From assembly GCA_963667565.1 (NCBI GenBank), contig OY763415.1, positions 128,001 through 192,000 of the forward strand: a DNA stretch of 64,000 bases. Direction: 5' to 3'. Under the pieces are notes generated by a model, which was not told the DNA's origin, ran no database searches, and saw only the letters and a program-made list of their open reading frames with translations. Below, piece by piece: positions 45,011-55,322 of the stretch. Numbering within the stretch: the first letter of the stretch is position 1; each line of letters starts with the position of its first letter. The stretch is from Acholeplasmataceae bacterium (lineage in GTDB: Bacteria; Bacillota_I; Bacilli_A; Acholeplasmatales; Acholeplasmataceae). The position numbers and the translations under genes were made by a program.

Positions 45011-46855
45011 ATGAGAGCAATTCGATTATTCAAATTAGCAAAAGGCTTTTGGGTCTTGTTTTTAGTTGCTGCTCTATTTGTAGTTATTCATCAATATACG
45101 TATTCAAACGTACCACTTTTCACTCAATTTTTAATAAAAACACTAACGAATGATCCTCGTGTTATTATCGGTACTGCATCTGTAAGTGAAGTGCATTTAC
45201 CTGCATTTGTTATTACGTTTTTCATGCGTGATAATGATACGTTAAATATCATCATAAGAATTGCGATGGGTTTAATTATACTTCAAGCATTCCGTTTTAC
45301 CATGCGTTTCTTTGAAATGTGGATTAAAGGATATTTATTTGAGTCAATGGCTGAATCGCATCGTAACAAGATGTATAGTCATATTCAAAGTCTTGACTAT
45401 AAATTTCACAATAATGTTGATACTGGAGATCTCATTCAGCGTGTAACAACAGATATTGAATCTGTGACAAGTTTTCTTACTACACGTATGCTTGACTTAG
45501 TCTATTTAGTAGTCACTTTATTCTTTGGTGCATATCAATTAATACTCATAAATCCAACGATGGTTTGGGTATCTTTATCAATCGTGCCATTGATTGGAGC
45601 TTCATCTATTGTTTATTTTAAAAAGATTGATAAACTCTTCTTAAACATTGAAGAGATTGAAGCTAAAATGATTACTGTCGTTCAAGAAAATTTAGCTGGT
45701 TTGAAAGTCGTTAGAGCATTTGCTAACGAAAAATTTGAACTTGATAAAATGGATGTTAAAAACAGAGCATATGCTGACGCATTGATTAAAGCTAATAAGA
45801 TTAGTGCTCTATATTGGGGATCTATGGACTTTATAAGTATCTCACAATATTTAGTCATTATTGCTATTGGTATCTTTGCAGTCCAAAGAGGTACAATGGA
45901 TGCGGCATCAGTGATTGCATCACTTGCACTTGTTGGCATGCTTATTTGGCCAGTAAGAGGACTTGGAAGACTTATTAACGATTTTGGAAAAGCGCTCGTG
46001 TCATCAGATCGTATTTATGAAATCATGAGTAAAGAAAGTGAATTTATTCACGATGGTACAAAAGAGATTCATGTTAAAGGTGATATAGAGTTTAAAAATG
46101 TATCATTTAAATTTGATGATAGTAATTCACACTTATTGCAAAATGTTAACTTTAAGATTGAAGCTGGGGAAACAGTTGCCATTATTGGTAGAACTGGTTC
46201 AGGTAAGTCTACAATCATTCATTTACTCATGCGTATGTATGAGTACAATGATGGTGAGATTTTTATTGATGGCATACCTTTAAGAGATATTAAAAAACAA
46301 AATATTCGTTCACAAATGGGTGTTGTTTTACAAGAACCATTCTTATATTCAAAAACTGTTTTTGAAAATATTGCGATTACTAATAAGCATTTAAATGGTG
46401 AAAAAGTAACTGAAGCTGCAACCGCTGCTGCATTACAAAAAGATATTGATACATTTAAACAGGGATATCAAACACTTGTTGGTGAAAAAGGCACGACATT
46501 ATCTGGTGGACAAAAACAAAGAGTTGCTATCGCTAGAGTACTTGTTAAAAATCAACCTATATTAATTTTTGATGATGCACTTTCAGCAGTCGATACACAA
46601 ACTGATCTAATGATCAGAAAAGCATTATTAGAAAAAAATTATAAACATACTACAATCATCATTACACATCGTATTACAACAGCTAAAGAAGCTGATAAAA
46701 TTATTGTTATTGATGAAGGTAAGGTACAACATATTGGTACACATCAAACCTTAAAAAACATTCCAGGGTTATATCAAACACTTTGGAATATTCAAGGTAA
46801 ATTAGAAGAAGAGTTTGAAGAAATGATAAAGGTAGGTGATTCACATGCATCATGA
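45011..46855 (+). CDS. ABC exporter ATP-binding/permease subunit A
   Basis: TMD plus GRTGSGKS, LSGGQKQR and a degenerate Walker B FDDALSAVD; RBS AGGAGG before ATG 45011. Confidence 0.92.
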   Translation: MRAIRLFKLAKGFWVLFLVAALFVVIHQYTYSNVPLFTQFLIKTLTNDPRVIIGTASVSEVHLPAFVITFFMRDNDTLNIIIRIAMGLIILQAFRFTMRFFEMWIKGYLFESMAESHRNKMYSHIQSLDYKFHNNVDTGDLIQRVTTDIESVTSFLTTRMLDLVYLVVTLFFGAYQLILINPTMVWVSLSIVPLIGASSIVYFKKIDKLFLNIEEIEAKMITVVQENLAGLKVVRAFANEKFELDKMDVKNRAYADALIKANKISALYWGSMDFISISQYLVIIAIGIFAVQRGTMDAASVIASLALVGMLIWPVRGLGRLINDFGKALVSSDRIYEIMSKESEFIHDGTKEIHVKGDIEFKNVSFKFDDSNSHLLQNVNFKIEAGETVAIIGRTGSGKSTIIHLLMRMYEYNDGEIFIDGIPLRDIKKQNIRSQMGVVLQEPFLYSKTVFENIAITNKHLNGEKVTEAATAAALQKDIDTFKQGYQTLVGEKGTTLSGGQKQRVAIARVLVKNQPILIFDDALSAVDTQTDLMIRKALLEKNYKHTTIIITHRITTAKEADKIIVIDEGKVQHIGTHQTLKNIPGLYQTLWNIQGKLEEEFEEMIKVGDSHAS

Positions 46856-48668
46856 AGATGATCAAGACATCCAATCCCGAGTTAATTTTCAAACATGGAA
46901 AAAAATTCTAAAAATTATACTAAAATCTAAAAAAAGAATTATACTGCTGATGCTTTTTTCTGGTATACTCGCAATCTTAGATACATCGATTCCATTATTT
47001 AATCGATATGCCATTGATCATTTCTTTGTCGCTGGTGATTATTCGACATGGCCATGGTATGTTGTTGCAAATATTTTACTTGCTGTTGGATTTGGATTGT
47101 CGGTTTGGGGATTCATTAAACAAGCGGGTATTATCGAAGCAGAAACCAGTTATGAGTTAAGAAAACAAGCATTTGAAAACTTGCAAAAATTATCTTATGG
47201 TTATTTTGATAAAACACCACATGGATGGATTATGGCAAGAATGACATCAGATGCTAGAAAATTATCTTTAATTATTTCATGGGGTTTAGTTGATTTTGTT
47301 TGGGCAGGACTTTCCATGTTGTTTATCATCACGGTTTTATTTATCACATATGTAAAACTTGCATTAGTGGTTGCTGTATTCCTTCCGTTTATGTTTTTAA
47401 TTGCTTATTTTTTCCAAAAACGTATTTTAAAACAATACCGAGAAGCGAAAAAACATAATTCAGCACTCACCGCACAATATAACGAAGGATTTCAAGGGGC
47501 TAAGACGACAAAATCTTTAACCATTGAAAAAGATAATTATATTGAATTCTCAGATACAGCTAGAAAATTGAGAAGAGCGAGTGTTAAAGCACAAATCACT
47601 ACAGCATTTTTCTCATCGATCATCTTGATTATTGCATATATTGCAGTTGCACTCACGATGGTTAATGGTAGTGTTTATGTACTAGGTGCACTGATATCAC
47701 TTGGGACTTTACAAATGTTTATATCTTATACGATTAATTTCTTTGAACCGATTATGGCGATTTCTCGTATTTTATCAGATTTTCAAAATGCACAAGCATC
47801 TGCTGAACGTATTGTTGGTTTAATTGAAACAAAACCACAAATCGTTGATAAAGATGAAGTTATTGAAAAATATGGAACCATTTTTGATGATAAAAAAGAC
47901 AATTGGGAACATCTTAGAGGTGAAGTAGAATTTAAAGACATCACATTCTTCTATAATGAAAATGAACATATATTTAATCATTTTAATTTTAAGGTTGAAG
48001 CAGGTAAATCAGTTGCACTTGTTGGACATACAGGCTCTGGTAAAACATCTTTTGTAAATTTACTTTCAAGATTTTATGAGCCACAAGAAGGACAAATCTT
48101 AATTGATGGTATTGATTACAGAGAAAGAAGTATCCATTGGCTACACAAACGCCTAGGTTATGTATTGCAGTCACCACAATTATTTTCCACATCAATTTTA
48201 GAAAATATTAGATATGGTAGATTAACAGCAACAGATGAAGAAGTGATTAGTGCAGCAAAGAGTGTCGGTATTGATCAATTTGTAGATAAACTTGAACATG
48301 GATATGAAACATCAGTAGGCGAAGGTGGGAATTTACTATCTGTAGGTCAAAAACAATTGATTTCATTTGCAAGAGCTATTCTTGCGGATCCTAGAATTTT
48401 AATTTTAGATGAAGCAACCTCTTCTATTGATTCAGAAACAGAACAAATTATTCAACAAGCAACAAATAGACTTTTAGAAAAACGTACAAGTTTTATTGTT
48501 GCACACCGACTATCAACCATTGTTAATGCAGACATTATCGTTATGCTTGAGATGGGTAAAATTGTTGAGATGGGATCACATGATGAATTGATTAAATTAA
48601 GAGGTAAATATTTCTCATTATATAAAAATCAATTTTTCAAAGAAAAAGAACAAGCATATAATTTTTAA
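46845..48668 (+). CDS. ABC exporter ATP-binding/permease subunit B
   Basis: TMD plus GHTGSGKT, LSVGQKQL, ILDEATSSID and AHRLST; heterodimer partner of the upstream gene. Confidence 0.92.
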   Translation: MHHEDDQDIQSRVNFQTWKKILKIILKSKKRIILLMLFSGILAILDTSIPLFNRYAIDHFFVAGDYSTWPWYVVANILLAVGFGLSVWGFIKQAGIIEAETSYELRKQAFENLQKLSYGYFDKTPHGWIMARMTSDARKLSLIISWGLVDFVWAGLSMLFIITVLFITYVKLALVVAVFLPFMFLIAYFFQKRILKQYREAKKHNSALTAQYNEGFQGAKTTKSLTIEKDNYIEFSDTARKLRRASVKAQITTAFFSSIILIIAYIAVALTMVNGSVYVLGALISLGTLQMFISYTINFFEPIMAISRILSDFQNAQASAERIVGLIETKPQIVDKDEVIEKYGTIFDDKKDNWEHLRGEVEFKDITFFYNENEHIFNHFNFKVEAGKSVALVGHTGSGKTSFVNLLSRFYEPQEGQILIDGIDYRERSIHWLHKRLGYVLQSPQLFSTSILENIRYGRLTATDEEVISAAKSVGIDQFVDKLEHGYETSVGEGGNLLSVGQKQLISFARAILADPRILILDEATSSIDSETEQIIQQATNRLLEKRTSFIVAHRLSTIVNADIIVMLEMGKIVEMGSHDELIKLRGKYFSLYKNQFFKEKEQAYNF

Positions 48669-48715
48669 AAAGAAAAAAGGCATCAATCAATCTATGATGA
48701 TATAGAGGTGAATGT

Positions 48716-50782
48716 ATGTCTTTTTTATTTTCTTTAATGACGCTTTTAGGTAGTTATCAGGTTGTTTGGCAACATACTGATATTGATGTACCATTAAATG
48801 CGTCTATCTATGACTATGTCGATATACCAAAAGCTAAACTATATATTGATGGTATCTATATCGATACACAGGTAAACTATATATATAATGGTGTCAATAG
48901 GACGTTTTTATCAACTGTTCAAACAAGTTATGTCAAATCATATCAAATTGATTATGAAGCATATTTTCCTAATTATGATATTAAAGATGATTACAGTATT
49001 TATTTTAATGTGGTTGATGAAGTTCCTCCAGTATTTATATTTATACCCGAGTATGAAATTGATGTTGGAGAAAATCTTCCGGATTTTTTAGAATCTATAA
49101 CATATAGTGATAACTATGATGATGTTATTAATATCCATTGTACTGTCGACTCACATGAAGTCAATATTGATGTTATAGGTCACTATAAAATCATTTATTA
49201 CTTAAGTGATACATCTCATAATCAAACTATAGAAGAAAGATACATTCATGTTGTTGACCGAATTTCCCCAAGAATTGAAGTCGTTAAACCATTGATGATT
49301 GATGTCCATCTAACAAAGTCAATATTTGATGATTTCATAAAAGTCACAGATAATTATGATCTAATTGTCGATGTAACCTATGATGATGCTGAAATTGATT
49401 ATGATAGGTTAGGCACATATATTTTAAATGTGGTTGCAAAAGATCAATCACAAAACATAACGAACAAATTATTTAAAGTTGATATTGTTGATCATAAAGC
49501 GCCTCAACTTATCTTGACGAGTTCTAAAACAATTGATGTTTTTGATATAGAAGCTATCAACCATTTAGATCGTTATATATTAAGTATTAGTGACAATTAT
49601 GATGATAAAGAACAATTAATCATAAGTTATACGCATGATATTGATATCAATCACTTAGGAACTTATCACCTTATCATAGGTGTGATGGACACTTCAGGAA
49701 ATTCAACTTCACAATCAATTGACATAAAAGTCGTTGACTCAAAAGGACCAATGATTACGTTAAAAGAGGCACTAGTTTTTCAAGTGTTTGATATAAAACC
49801 GTTCATCAATTTGCATTTTGACATCATTGATAATTATGATCCATTCGAAAGTTTAACAATCCAAATTGATGAAGACATCGATATGAATAAAATTGGATCA
49901 TATCCTGTAACTTTAACAGTGAAGGATCTATCCAAAAATGTGAGTTATTATTATACATATGTCACAGTCATTGATGAGATACCACCTGAGATTAATGAAA
50001 TAAGCGATATCATTATTACAGGTTTTCAACAAATTGACTATACATCATATTTTAGTTTTTCAGATAATTATGATGATGTAGGTGATATTACTTTTGAATT
50101 TGATGATCAAGAAGTTGATTATCAAAACAAAGGAACATATGATTTAATCATTTATGCTAAAGATTTATCACAAAATATAAGCACTTATAAAGCATTGATT
50201 TATATCTTAGATATTATTGCACCAGAAATAGAACTTAATCAGTATGATATCTTTGTTGAACTCAATAGTGAACCATATAATTTTTATGAAAATATATGGT
50301 CAGCATCAGATAACTATGATGCATTAACTAAGGATGATGTTGTTATTAAGTATGATATTTCATATGATAAAATTGGTGTTTATACCGTTTTGTATCAACT
50401 AACTGATGACAGTTTAAATCAAACAAATGTATATTTATCATTTGTGGTAGATGACTTTACAAAGCCATTAGTTACCATAGATGATATTGTTGTTAAAAAA
50501 AATGAATCAATCGATTTTTTATCAGGAATTCATGTCATAGATGACTCGTTATATGAAATCTATTATGATTCAACTTATATTGATTTCAATCGAGTAGGAA
50601 CCCAATATTTAACGTATGTGATCATGGATGAAAGAGGAAATTATCAAACATATATAAGAAGAATTGATATTTTGAAAAATCAAAAACCTTTTGATTACTG
50701 GAGTTTTGCACCGATGGGCTTGGTTTTAATATTAAGTGCTATTTTATCGTTTTATGTATATCAAAAGTCACATCATTTTTAA
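48716..50782 (+). CDS. Surface protein with tandem Ig-like (DUF5011/HYR-like) repeats and C-terminal membrane anchor
   Basis: DNYD motif at 49109, 49349, 49592, 49829, 50063 and 50309 (78-82 aa period), each followed by G.Y.....D.S.N and VVD..P; hydrophobic C-terminus. Confidence 0.75.
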   Translation: MSFLFSLMTLLGSYQVVWQHTDIDVPLNASIYDYVDIPKAKLYIDGIYIDTQVNYIYNGVNRTFLSTVQTSYVKSYQIDYEAYFPNYDIKDDYSIYFNVVDEVPPVFIFIPEYEIDVGENLPDFLESITYSDNYDDVINIHCTVDSHEVNIDVIGHYKIIYYLSDTSHNQTIEERYIHVVDRISPRIEVVKPLMIDVHLTKSIFDDFIKVTDNYDLIVDVTYDDAEIDYDRLGTYILNVVAKDQSQNITNKLFKVDIVDHKAPQLILTSSKTIDVFDIEAINHLDRYILSISDNYDDKEQLIISYTHDIDINHLGTYHLIIGVMDTSGNSTSQSIDIKVVDSKGPMITLKEALVFQVFDIKPFINLHFDIIDNYDPFESLTIQIDEDIDMNKIGSYPVTLTVKDLSKNVSYYYTYVTVIDEIPPEINEISDIIITGFQQIDYTSYFSFSDNYDDVGDITFEFDDQEVDYQNKGTYDLIIYAKDLSQNISTYKALIYILDIIAPEIELNQYDIFVELNSEPYNFYENIWSASDNYDALTKDDVVIKYDISYDKIGVYTVLYQLTDDSLNQTNVYLSFVVDDFTKPLVTIDDIVVKKNESIDFLSGIHVIDDSLYEIYYDSTYIDFNRVGTQYLTYVIMDERGNYQTYIRRIDILKNQKPFDYWSFAPMGLVLILSAILSFYVYQKSHHF

Positions 50783-50792
50783 GTAATATGTT

Positions 50793-50821
50793 TTGACAAG
50801 ATTTTGTAAATCTACTATAAT
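50793..50821 (+). promoter_or_regulatory. Consensus sigma-A promoter of flavodoxin
   Basis: TTGACA (50793) - 17 bp - TATAAT (50816). Confidence 0.8.
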
Positions 50822-50856
50822 AAATCCATAGTATGATAATCAAAGGAGATTTCAAT

Positions 50857-51285
50857 ATGGCAAACGTATTAGTTGTATACTGGACAGGTACTGGTAACAC
50901 AGAAATCATGGCTGAAAAAGTAAAAGAAGGTTTAGAAAATGCTGGAGCAACTGTTGACTATAGAAGTGTTGATGCAGTTGAACCGGATGAAATAGAAGGA
51001 TTTGATTTGGTTGCTTTTGGATGTCCATCTATGGGTGTTGAAGCACTTGAAGAAGATGAATTCGAACCATTTTTCGAAGGATGCGAGATTTTCCTTAAAG
51101 ATAAGAAAGTCGCATTATTTGGATCTTATGGTTGGGGTGAAGGCGAGTGGATGGATGCATGGGAAGACCGCGTAAGAGAAGCTGGAGCTCAACTTTTTGA
51201 AGGTGGATTAAAAATCAATTCAACTCCAAGTAGCGAAGAAGAAGGTACTTGTGTAGAATTTGGTGAAAGATTTGCTAAATTTTAA
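50857..51285 (+). CDS. Short-chain flavodoxin
   Basis: VYWTGTGNTEIMA, GCPSMG.E.LEE.EF and ALFGSYGWG.GEWM. Confidence 0.95.
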   Translation: MANVLVVYWTGTGNTEIMAEKVKEGLENAGATVDYRSVDAVEPDEIEGFDLVAFGCPSMGVEALEEDEFEPFFEGCEIFLKDKKVALFGSYGWGEGEWMDAWEDRVREAGAQLFEGGLKINSTPSSEEEGTCVEFGERFAKF

Positions 51286-51293
51286 ATTGAAAT

Positions 51294-51320
51294 AAAAATG
51301 CTGATTCAGCATTTTTTTTT
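51294..51320 (+). terminator. Terminator after flavodoxin
   Basis: AAAAATGCTGA-T-TCAGCATTTTT plus T-run. Confidence 0.75.
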
Positions 51321-51366
51321 AGACTTTAGTCTAATCATTGATATAATATGATTAGTAGGTGATTTC

Positions 51367-54327
51367 ATGTTTGGTATTTTTAATATTCAAAGCGCATATA
51401 GTATGTTAAATAATATGATGCCTTTAGAAAAACTTATCAAAGAACTAAAAAAACATGAATATGATTTTATAGCGTTATCTGATGACATGTTATATGGTGC
51501 TCATCAGTTATTTTTACTTGCAAAAAAATATGGAATTAAACCTATTTTAGGATTATATGTAGAAGTATATGAACCCTTATTTGAAACTTCATTTCTTGCA
51601 TATGCTAAAAACGAAGAAGGATATCAAAATTTGCTTAAACTATCATATTTGAAATCTGCACAAAAATTAGATTTGGAAACTATTAAAAAATATCAAAAAG
51701 GCCTCATATGGATGACATCAGGTGATAGTATCATCGAAGAACATTTATTTGCTGATAATTTTGATCAAGCATATGATGATGCAAAATTATTTGAACACAT
51801 GTTTGATGATTTTTATTTAGGTCTATCACTTGATAGTTTTGATTTAGAATTTAATTCTGCACCCAAACTGTTTTTATTATCTGAAAAATTAGGTATTCAA
51901 ATTGCACCAATCCATAAAACATCCTATTTCACTAAAGAGGATAAAGAAGCTTATGAAGCACTTATAAAAATTGAAGACCAGAATCAATTGTTAAATAAAG
52001 AAGCAAGTTACCATCTGATGAGTAAAAAAGAACTTCTTAAGATGTTTGCTGATTATCCTTTTGTATTTGATCAAGCTAATGATATTGCTCAAAAAATCAC
52101 TTTTGATTTATCTTTTCCTCCGTTTGATATGCCAACATATGATACTAAAGGTTCACCTGGTGATGCGTATTTAGCTTCGCTTGCAGCAAAAGGTTTAGAA
52201 AAAAGATTAAAATCTATAAAACATGCTGATGTAAAGACATACAAACAAAGATTATCCTATGAATTATCAATCATACATCAAATGGGATATGATCATTACT
52301 TTTTAATCGTATTTGATTTTGTTAGATTTGCTAAACAAAATGACATTTTAGTAGGTCCAGGTAGAGGATCTGCAGCGGGTTCACTCGTTTCTTTTTGTTT
52401 AGGAATTACAGATATTGATCCTATTCAATATGATTTATTATTTGAACGATTTTTAAATCCAGAGCGCATCACTATGCCAGATATCGATTTAGATTTTCCA
52501 GATAATAAACGTGATTTAGTCTTACAATATGTACAAGAAAAATATGGTAAGAATCATGTGATTTCAATCGTTACTTTTGGAACGTTTGCAGTTAAATCTT
52601 CGATGAGAGATATCGCGAGAGTTATGGATATTGATCACCAAAGAGTTGGTGGCATGATTAAACGTGTTACTAATAACGACATTGATGAAACCGATGAAGA
52701 AGTCATGCGGCTCATAGATGTTTCTAAAAAGATAGAAGGACTCCCTAGACATACAGGCACTCATGCTGCGGGAATCATTTTAGCAAAACAAGATTTAACA
52801 AAAGTATTACCACTACAAGAAGGTAGTAACGGATTTTATCAATCACAATTTGAAGCGACCGACTTAGAAAAATTAGGTCTATTAAAAATTGACTTTCTAG
52901 GTATAAGAAACTTAGCAATCATTCATGAAGTAGAAGCAATGATAAAGAAAAAAAATCCTCATTTTTCAATTTTAGATATACCTTTAGATCATAAAGGTGT
53001 TTATGATTTATTAAGTCAAGCAGATACATTTGGTATTTTTCAATTAGAATCATCAGGGATGAGAAATGTCTTAAGAAAATATGAACCAAAAACATTTGAA
53101 GATATTGTTGCATTACTCGCATTATTTAGACCAGGACCTATGGATTTAATTGATGATTTTATTGCGCGAAAGAATGGTGCTTCTTTTGATTACATTCATA
53201 AAGATTTAGAACCTATTTTAAAACAAACTTATGGTATCATAGTCTATCAGGAACAAATTATGAAAATAGCAAATGAGTTTGCTGGATATACGCTTGCTGA
53301 AGCGGATATTTTAAGACGAGGGATTGCTAAGAAAAATGTTGATGTTTTAGAAAAAGAACGTCAAAGATTTATTCAAAAATGTGGTGAAAAAAATTACAGT
53401 GAATCTATTGCTCAAACCATCTATGATTTGATTGTTAAATTTGCTGATTATGGATTCAATCGAAGCCATAGTGTAGCTTATGCATTAGTTGCATATCAAA
53501 TGGCATATTTAAAAGTGAATCACTATGCATCATTCATGACTGTTTTATTAACCCATGCGATTGGAAATGATACGACAACATATGAATACATCACAGATTT
53601 GAAACGTCACGGTATAGAAGTATTATCACCAGATGTTCAGCTTTCAACAGATCAATACCAATTAACAGATCGAGGTATTTTATGCCCACTTCAAAAAGTT
53701 AAAAGTATTGGTAAAAGTCAAATGGATAAATTCCTTGAAGCTCGAAAAGAACAACCATTTAAAGACTATCAAGATTTTAAAGAACGCATTAAACAAGTGC
53801 TTAACCAAAAAAACATTGAAATGCTGATTTTTGCAAATGCACTTCAATCTTTTAATCTAAATCAACATACGATGATAGAACATCAATCACTTGATGATAG
53901 TGGATATAATAAATACATCCAAGATTATCAAATGAAACTTTATGATGAATATCCGTTTAGTGTACTTGCTGAACATGAAAAAGAAGCATTAGGATTTAAC
54001 CTTATGTATCATCCGCTTGTTGCATATAAAGATATTGTCATCAAACAAAAATTAAACGCATTAAGCGACAGCAACCACTTGTCATATATTAAAGCATTAG
54101 CAATGATTGCACATGTCAAGGTCATTAAAACTAAAAATAATCAAAACATGGCTTTTTTAACATTAGATGATGGTGTGACTCAATTAGAGGTAACCATGTT
54201 TTCAAGCACGTATCAAAGTTATAAAGAAAAACTTGATCAAAATATTAAAATTTTCGAACTCAAGAAAAACACATATAAAGAGAAAATATCTTTTATTGTA
54301 GAAAAGATGTTTGAAGTAGAGGCTTAG
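51367..54327 (+). CDS. dnaE: DNA polymerase III alpha subunit
   Basis: GPGRGSAAGSLV, FERFLNPERITMPDIDLDF, THAAG, KIDFLG, FQLES and YGFNRSH. Confidence 0.96.
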   Translation: MFGIFNIQSAYSMLNNMMPLEKLIKELKKHEYDFIALSDDMLYGAHQLFLLAKKYGIKPILGLYVEVYEPLFETSFLAYAKNEEGYQNLLKLSYLKSAQKLDLETIKKYQKGLIWMTSGDSIIEEHLFADNFDQAYDDAKLFEHMFDDFYLGLSLDSFDLEFNSAPKLFLLSEKLGIQIAPIHKTSYFTKEDKEAYEALIKIEDQNQLLNKEASYHLMSKKELLKMFADYPFVFDQANDIAQKITFDLSFPPFDMPTYDTKGSPGDAYLASLAAKGLEKRLKSIKHADVKTYKQRLSYELSIIHQMGYDHYFLIVFDFVRFAKQNDILVGPGRGSAAGSLVSFCLGITDIDPIQYDLLFERFLNPERITMPDIDLDFPDNKRDLVLQYVQEKYGKNHVISIVTFGTFAVKSSMRDIARVMDIDHQRVGGMIKRVTNNDIDETDEEVMRLIDVSKKIEGLPRHTGTHAAGIILAKQDLTKVLPLQEGSNGFYQSQFEATDLEKLGLLKIDFLGIRNLAIIHEVEAMIKKKNPHFSILDIPLDHKGVYDLLSQADTFGIFQLESSGMRNVLRKYEPKTFEDIVALLALFRPGPMDLIDDFIARKNGASFDYIHKDLEPILKQTYGIIVYQEQIMKIANEFAGYTLAEADILRRGIAKKNVDVLEKERQRFIQKCGEKNYSESIAQTIYDLIVKFADYGFNRSHSVAYALVAYQMAYLKVNHYASFMTVLLTHAIGNDTTTYEYITDLKRHGIEVLSPDVQLSTDQYQLTDRGILCPLQKVKSIGKSQMDKFLEARKEQPFKDYQDFKERIKQVLNQKNIEMLIFANALQSFNLNQHTMIEHQSLDDSGYNKYIQDYQMKLYDEYPFSVLAEHEKEALGFNLMYHPLVAYKDIVIKQKLNALSDSNHLSYIKALAMIAHVKVIKTKNNQNMAFLTLDDGVTQLEVTMFSSTYQSYKEKLDQNIKIFELKKNTYKEKISFIVEKMFEVEA

Positions 54328-54329
54328 AC

Positions 54330-55211
54330 ATGACTCAAAAGCAATTGGGACAAGCAGTTATTATTGGTATTGTATTCAATATCATCTTAACAATTTTAAA
54401 ATTAACATTTGGATATATTGGGCATTCTCATGCGCTTATTACTGATGGGTATAATTCTCTTTCAGATATCATAACGAGCATGATGATTTTCCTTGTATTA
54501 AAGATTTCAACTAAAAAACCAGATCATGATCATCCATATGGACATCAAAAATTTGAAGGTATTGCATATTTCGCATTAGGGATGGTTTTCTTATTATCTG
54601 CACTTGTTTTACTCATTTCAACAGCAACAACATTTGTCACTTATTTAAAAGATCAAGCACTTGGTGTTGAACCAACTTTACTGACATTTTATATGGCGAT
54701 CATATCACTTGTTATAAAACTTTTTTTAGCCATGTTTTATAGAGCTTTATACAAAAAAACAAATCACCCAACACTTAAAGCTGAGTCAAGTAATCATGGT
54801 ATCGACATGATCGCAACCACGTTTACGATTGTAGGGATTGGTCTTTCGCAGTTAGGATTTATTATATTTGATTATATTGCAGCAATTTTAATTGTATTTT
54901 TAATTTTAAGACTTGCAGTTAATACATTAAAAGAATCCATTCCATTTTTAGTGGATCAGGCTCCAGATCAGTTGTTTATTGATGAGATGATGCAATTTAT
55001 TATTGATACACAAGGTGTCTTAAGTGTCGATGATTTAAAAGTAAGAAGACATATGCTAAATGTTTATGTTGATGTTGAAATCGGTGTTAAAGGATGCCTA
55101 TCTTTAAAAGAAGCACATCAAATTGCAGAATATGTTCATCATCGTGTTGAAAAACAGTTTCCAAATGTTATTCACTGTATGGTTCATGTAAACCCAGTGA
55201 AAGAGAATTAA
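54330..55211 (+). CDS. Cation diffusion facilitator (CDF) transporter
   Basis: SHALITDGYNSLSD, KPDHDHPYGHQKFE, EAHQIAE and MVHVNP. Confidence 0.92.
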   Translation: MTQKQLGQAVIIGIVFNIILTILKLTFGYIGHSHALITDGYNSLSDIITSMMIFLVLKISTKKPDHDHPYGHQKFEGIAYFALGMVFLLSALVLLISTATTFVTYLKDQALGVEPTLLTFYMAIISLVIKLFLAMFYRALYKKTNHPTLKAESSNHGIDMIATTFTIVGIGLSQLGFIIFDYIAAILIVFLILRLAVNTLKESIPFLVDQAPDQLFIDEMMQFIIDTQGVLSVDDLKVRRHMLNVYVDVEIGVKGCLSLKEAHQIAEYVHHRVEKQFPNVIHCMVHVNPVKEN

Positions 55212-55322
55212 ATAAAGTATTTATTTACAATGTTTTTGCACATTTTGCAAATCATTGTTTTTTTTTGTATTATTTGGTAGAATTTAGGTAGTTAGACATC
55301 TTAAGAAAGGTTGGTCTAAAAA

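Noticed and set aside
51319..51334. Palindrome TTAGACT-TT-AGTCTAA upstream of dnaE
   Set aside because: Short, AT-rich, single copy and abutting a terminator T-run. Its resemblance to the 44955 operator has different spacing.
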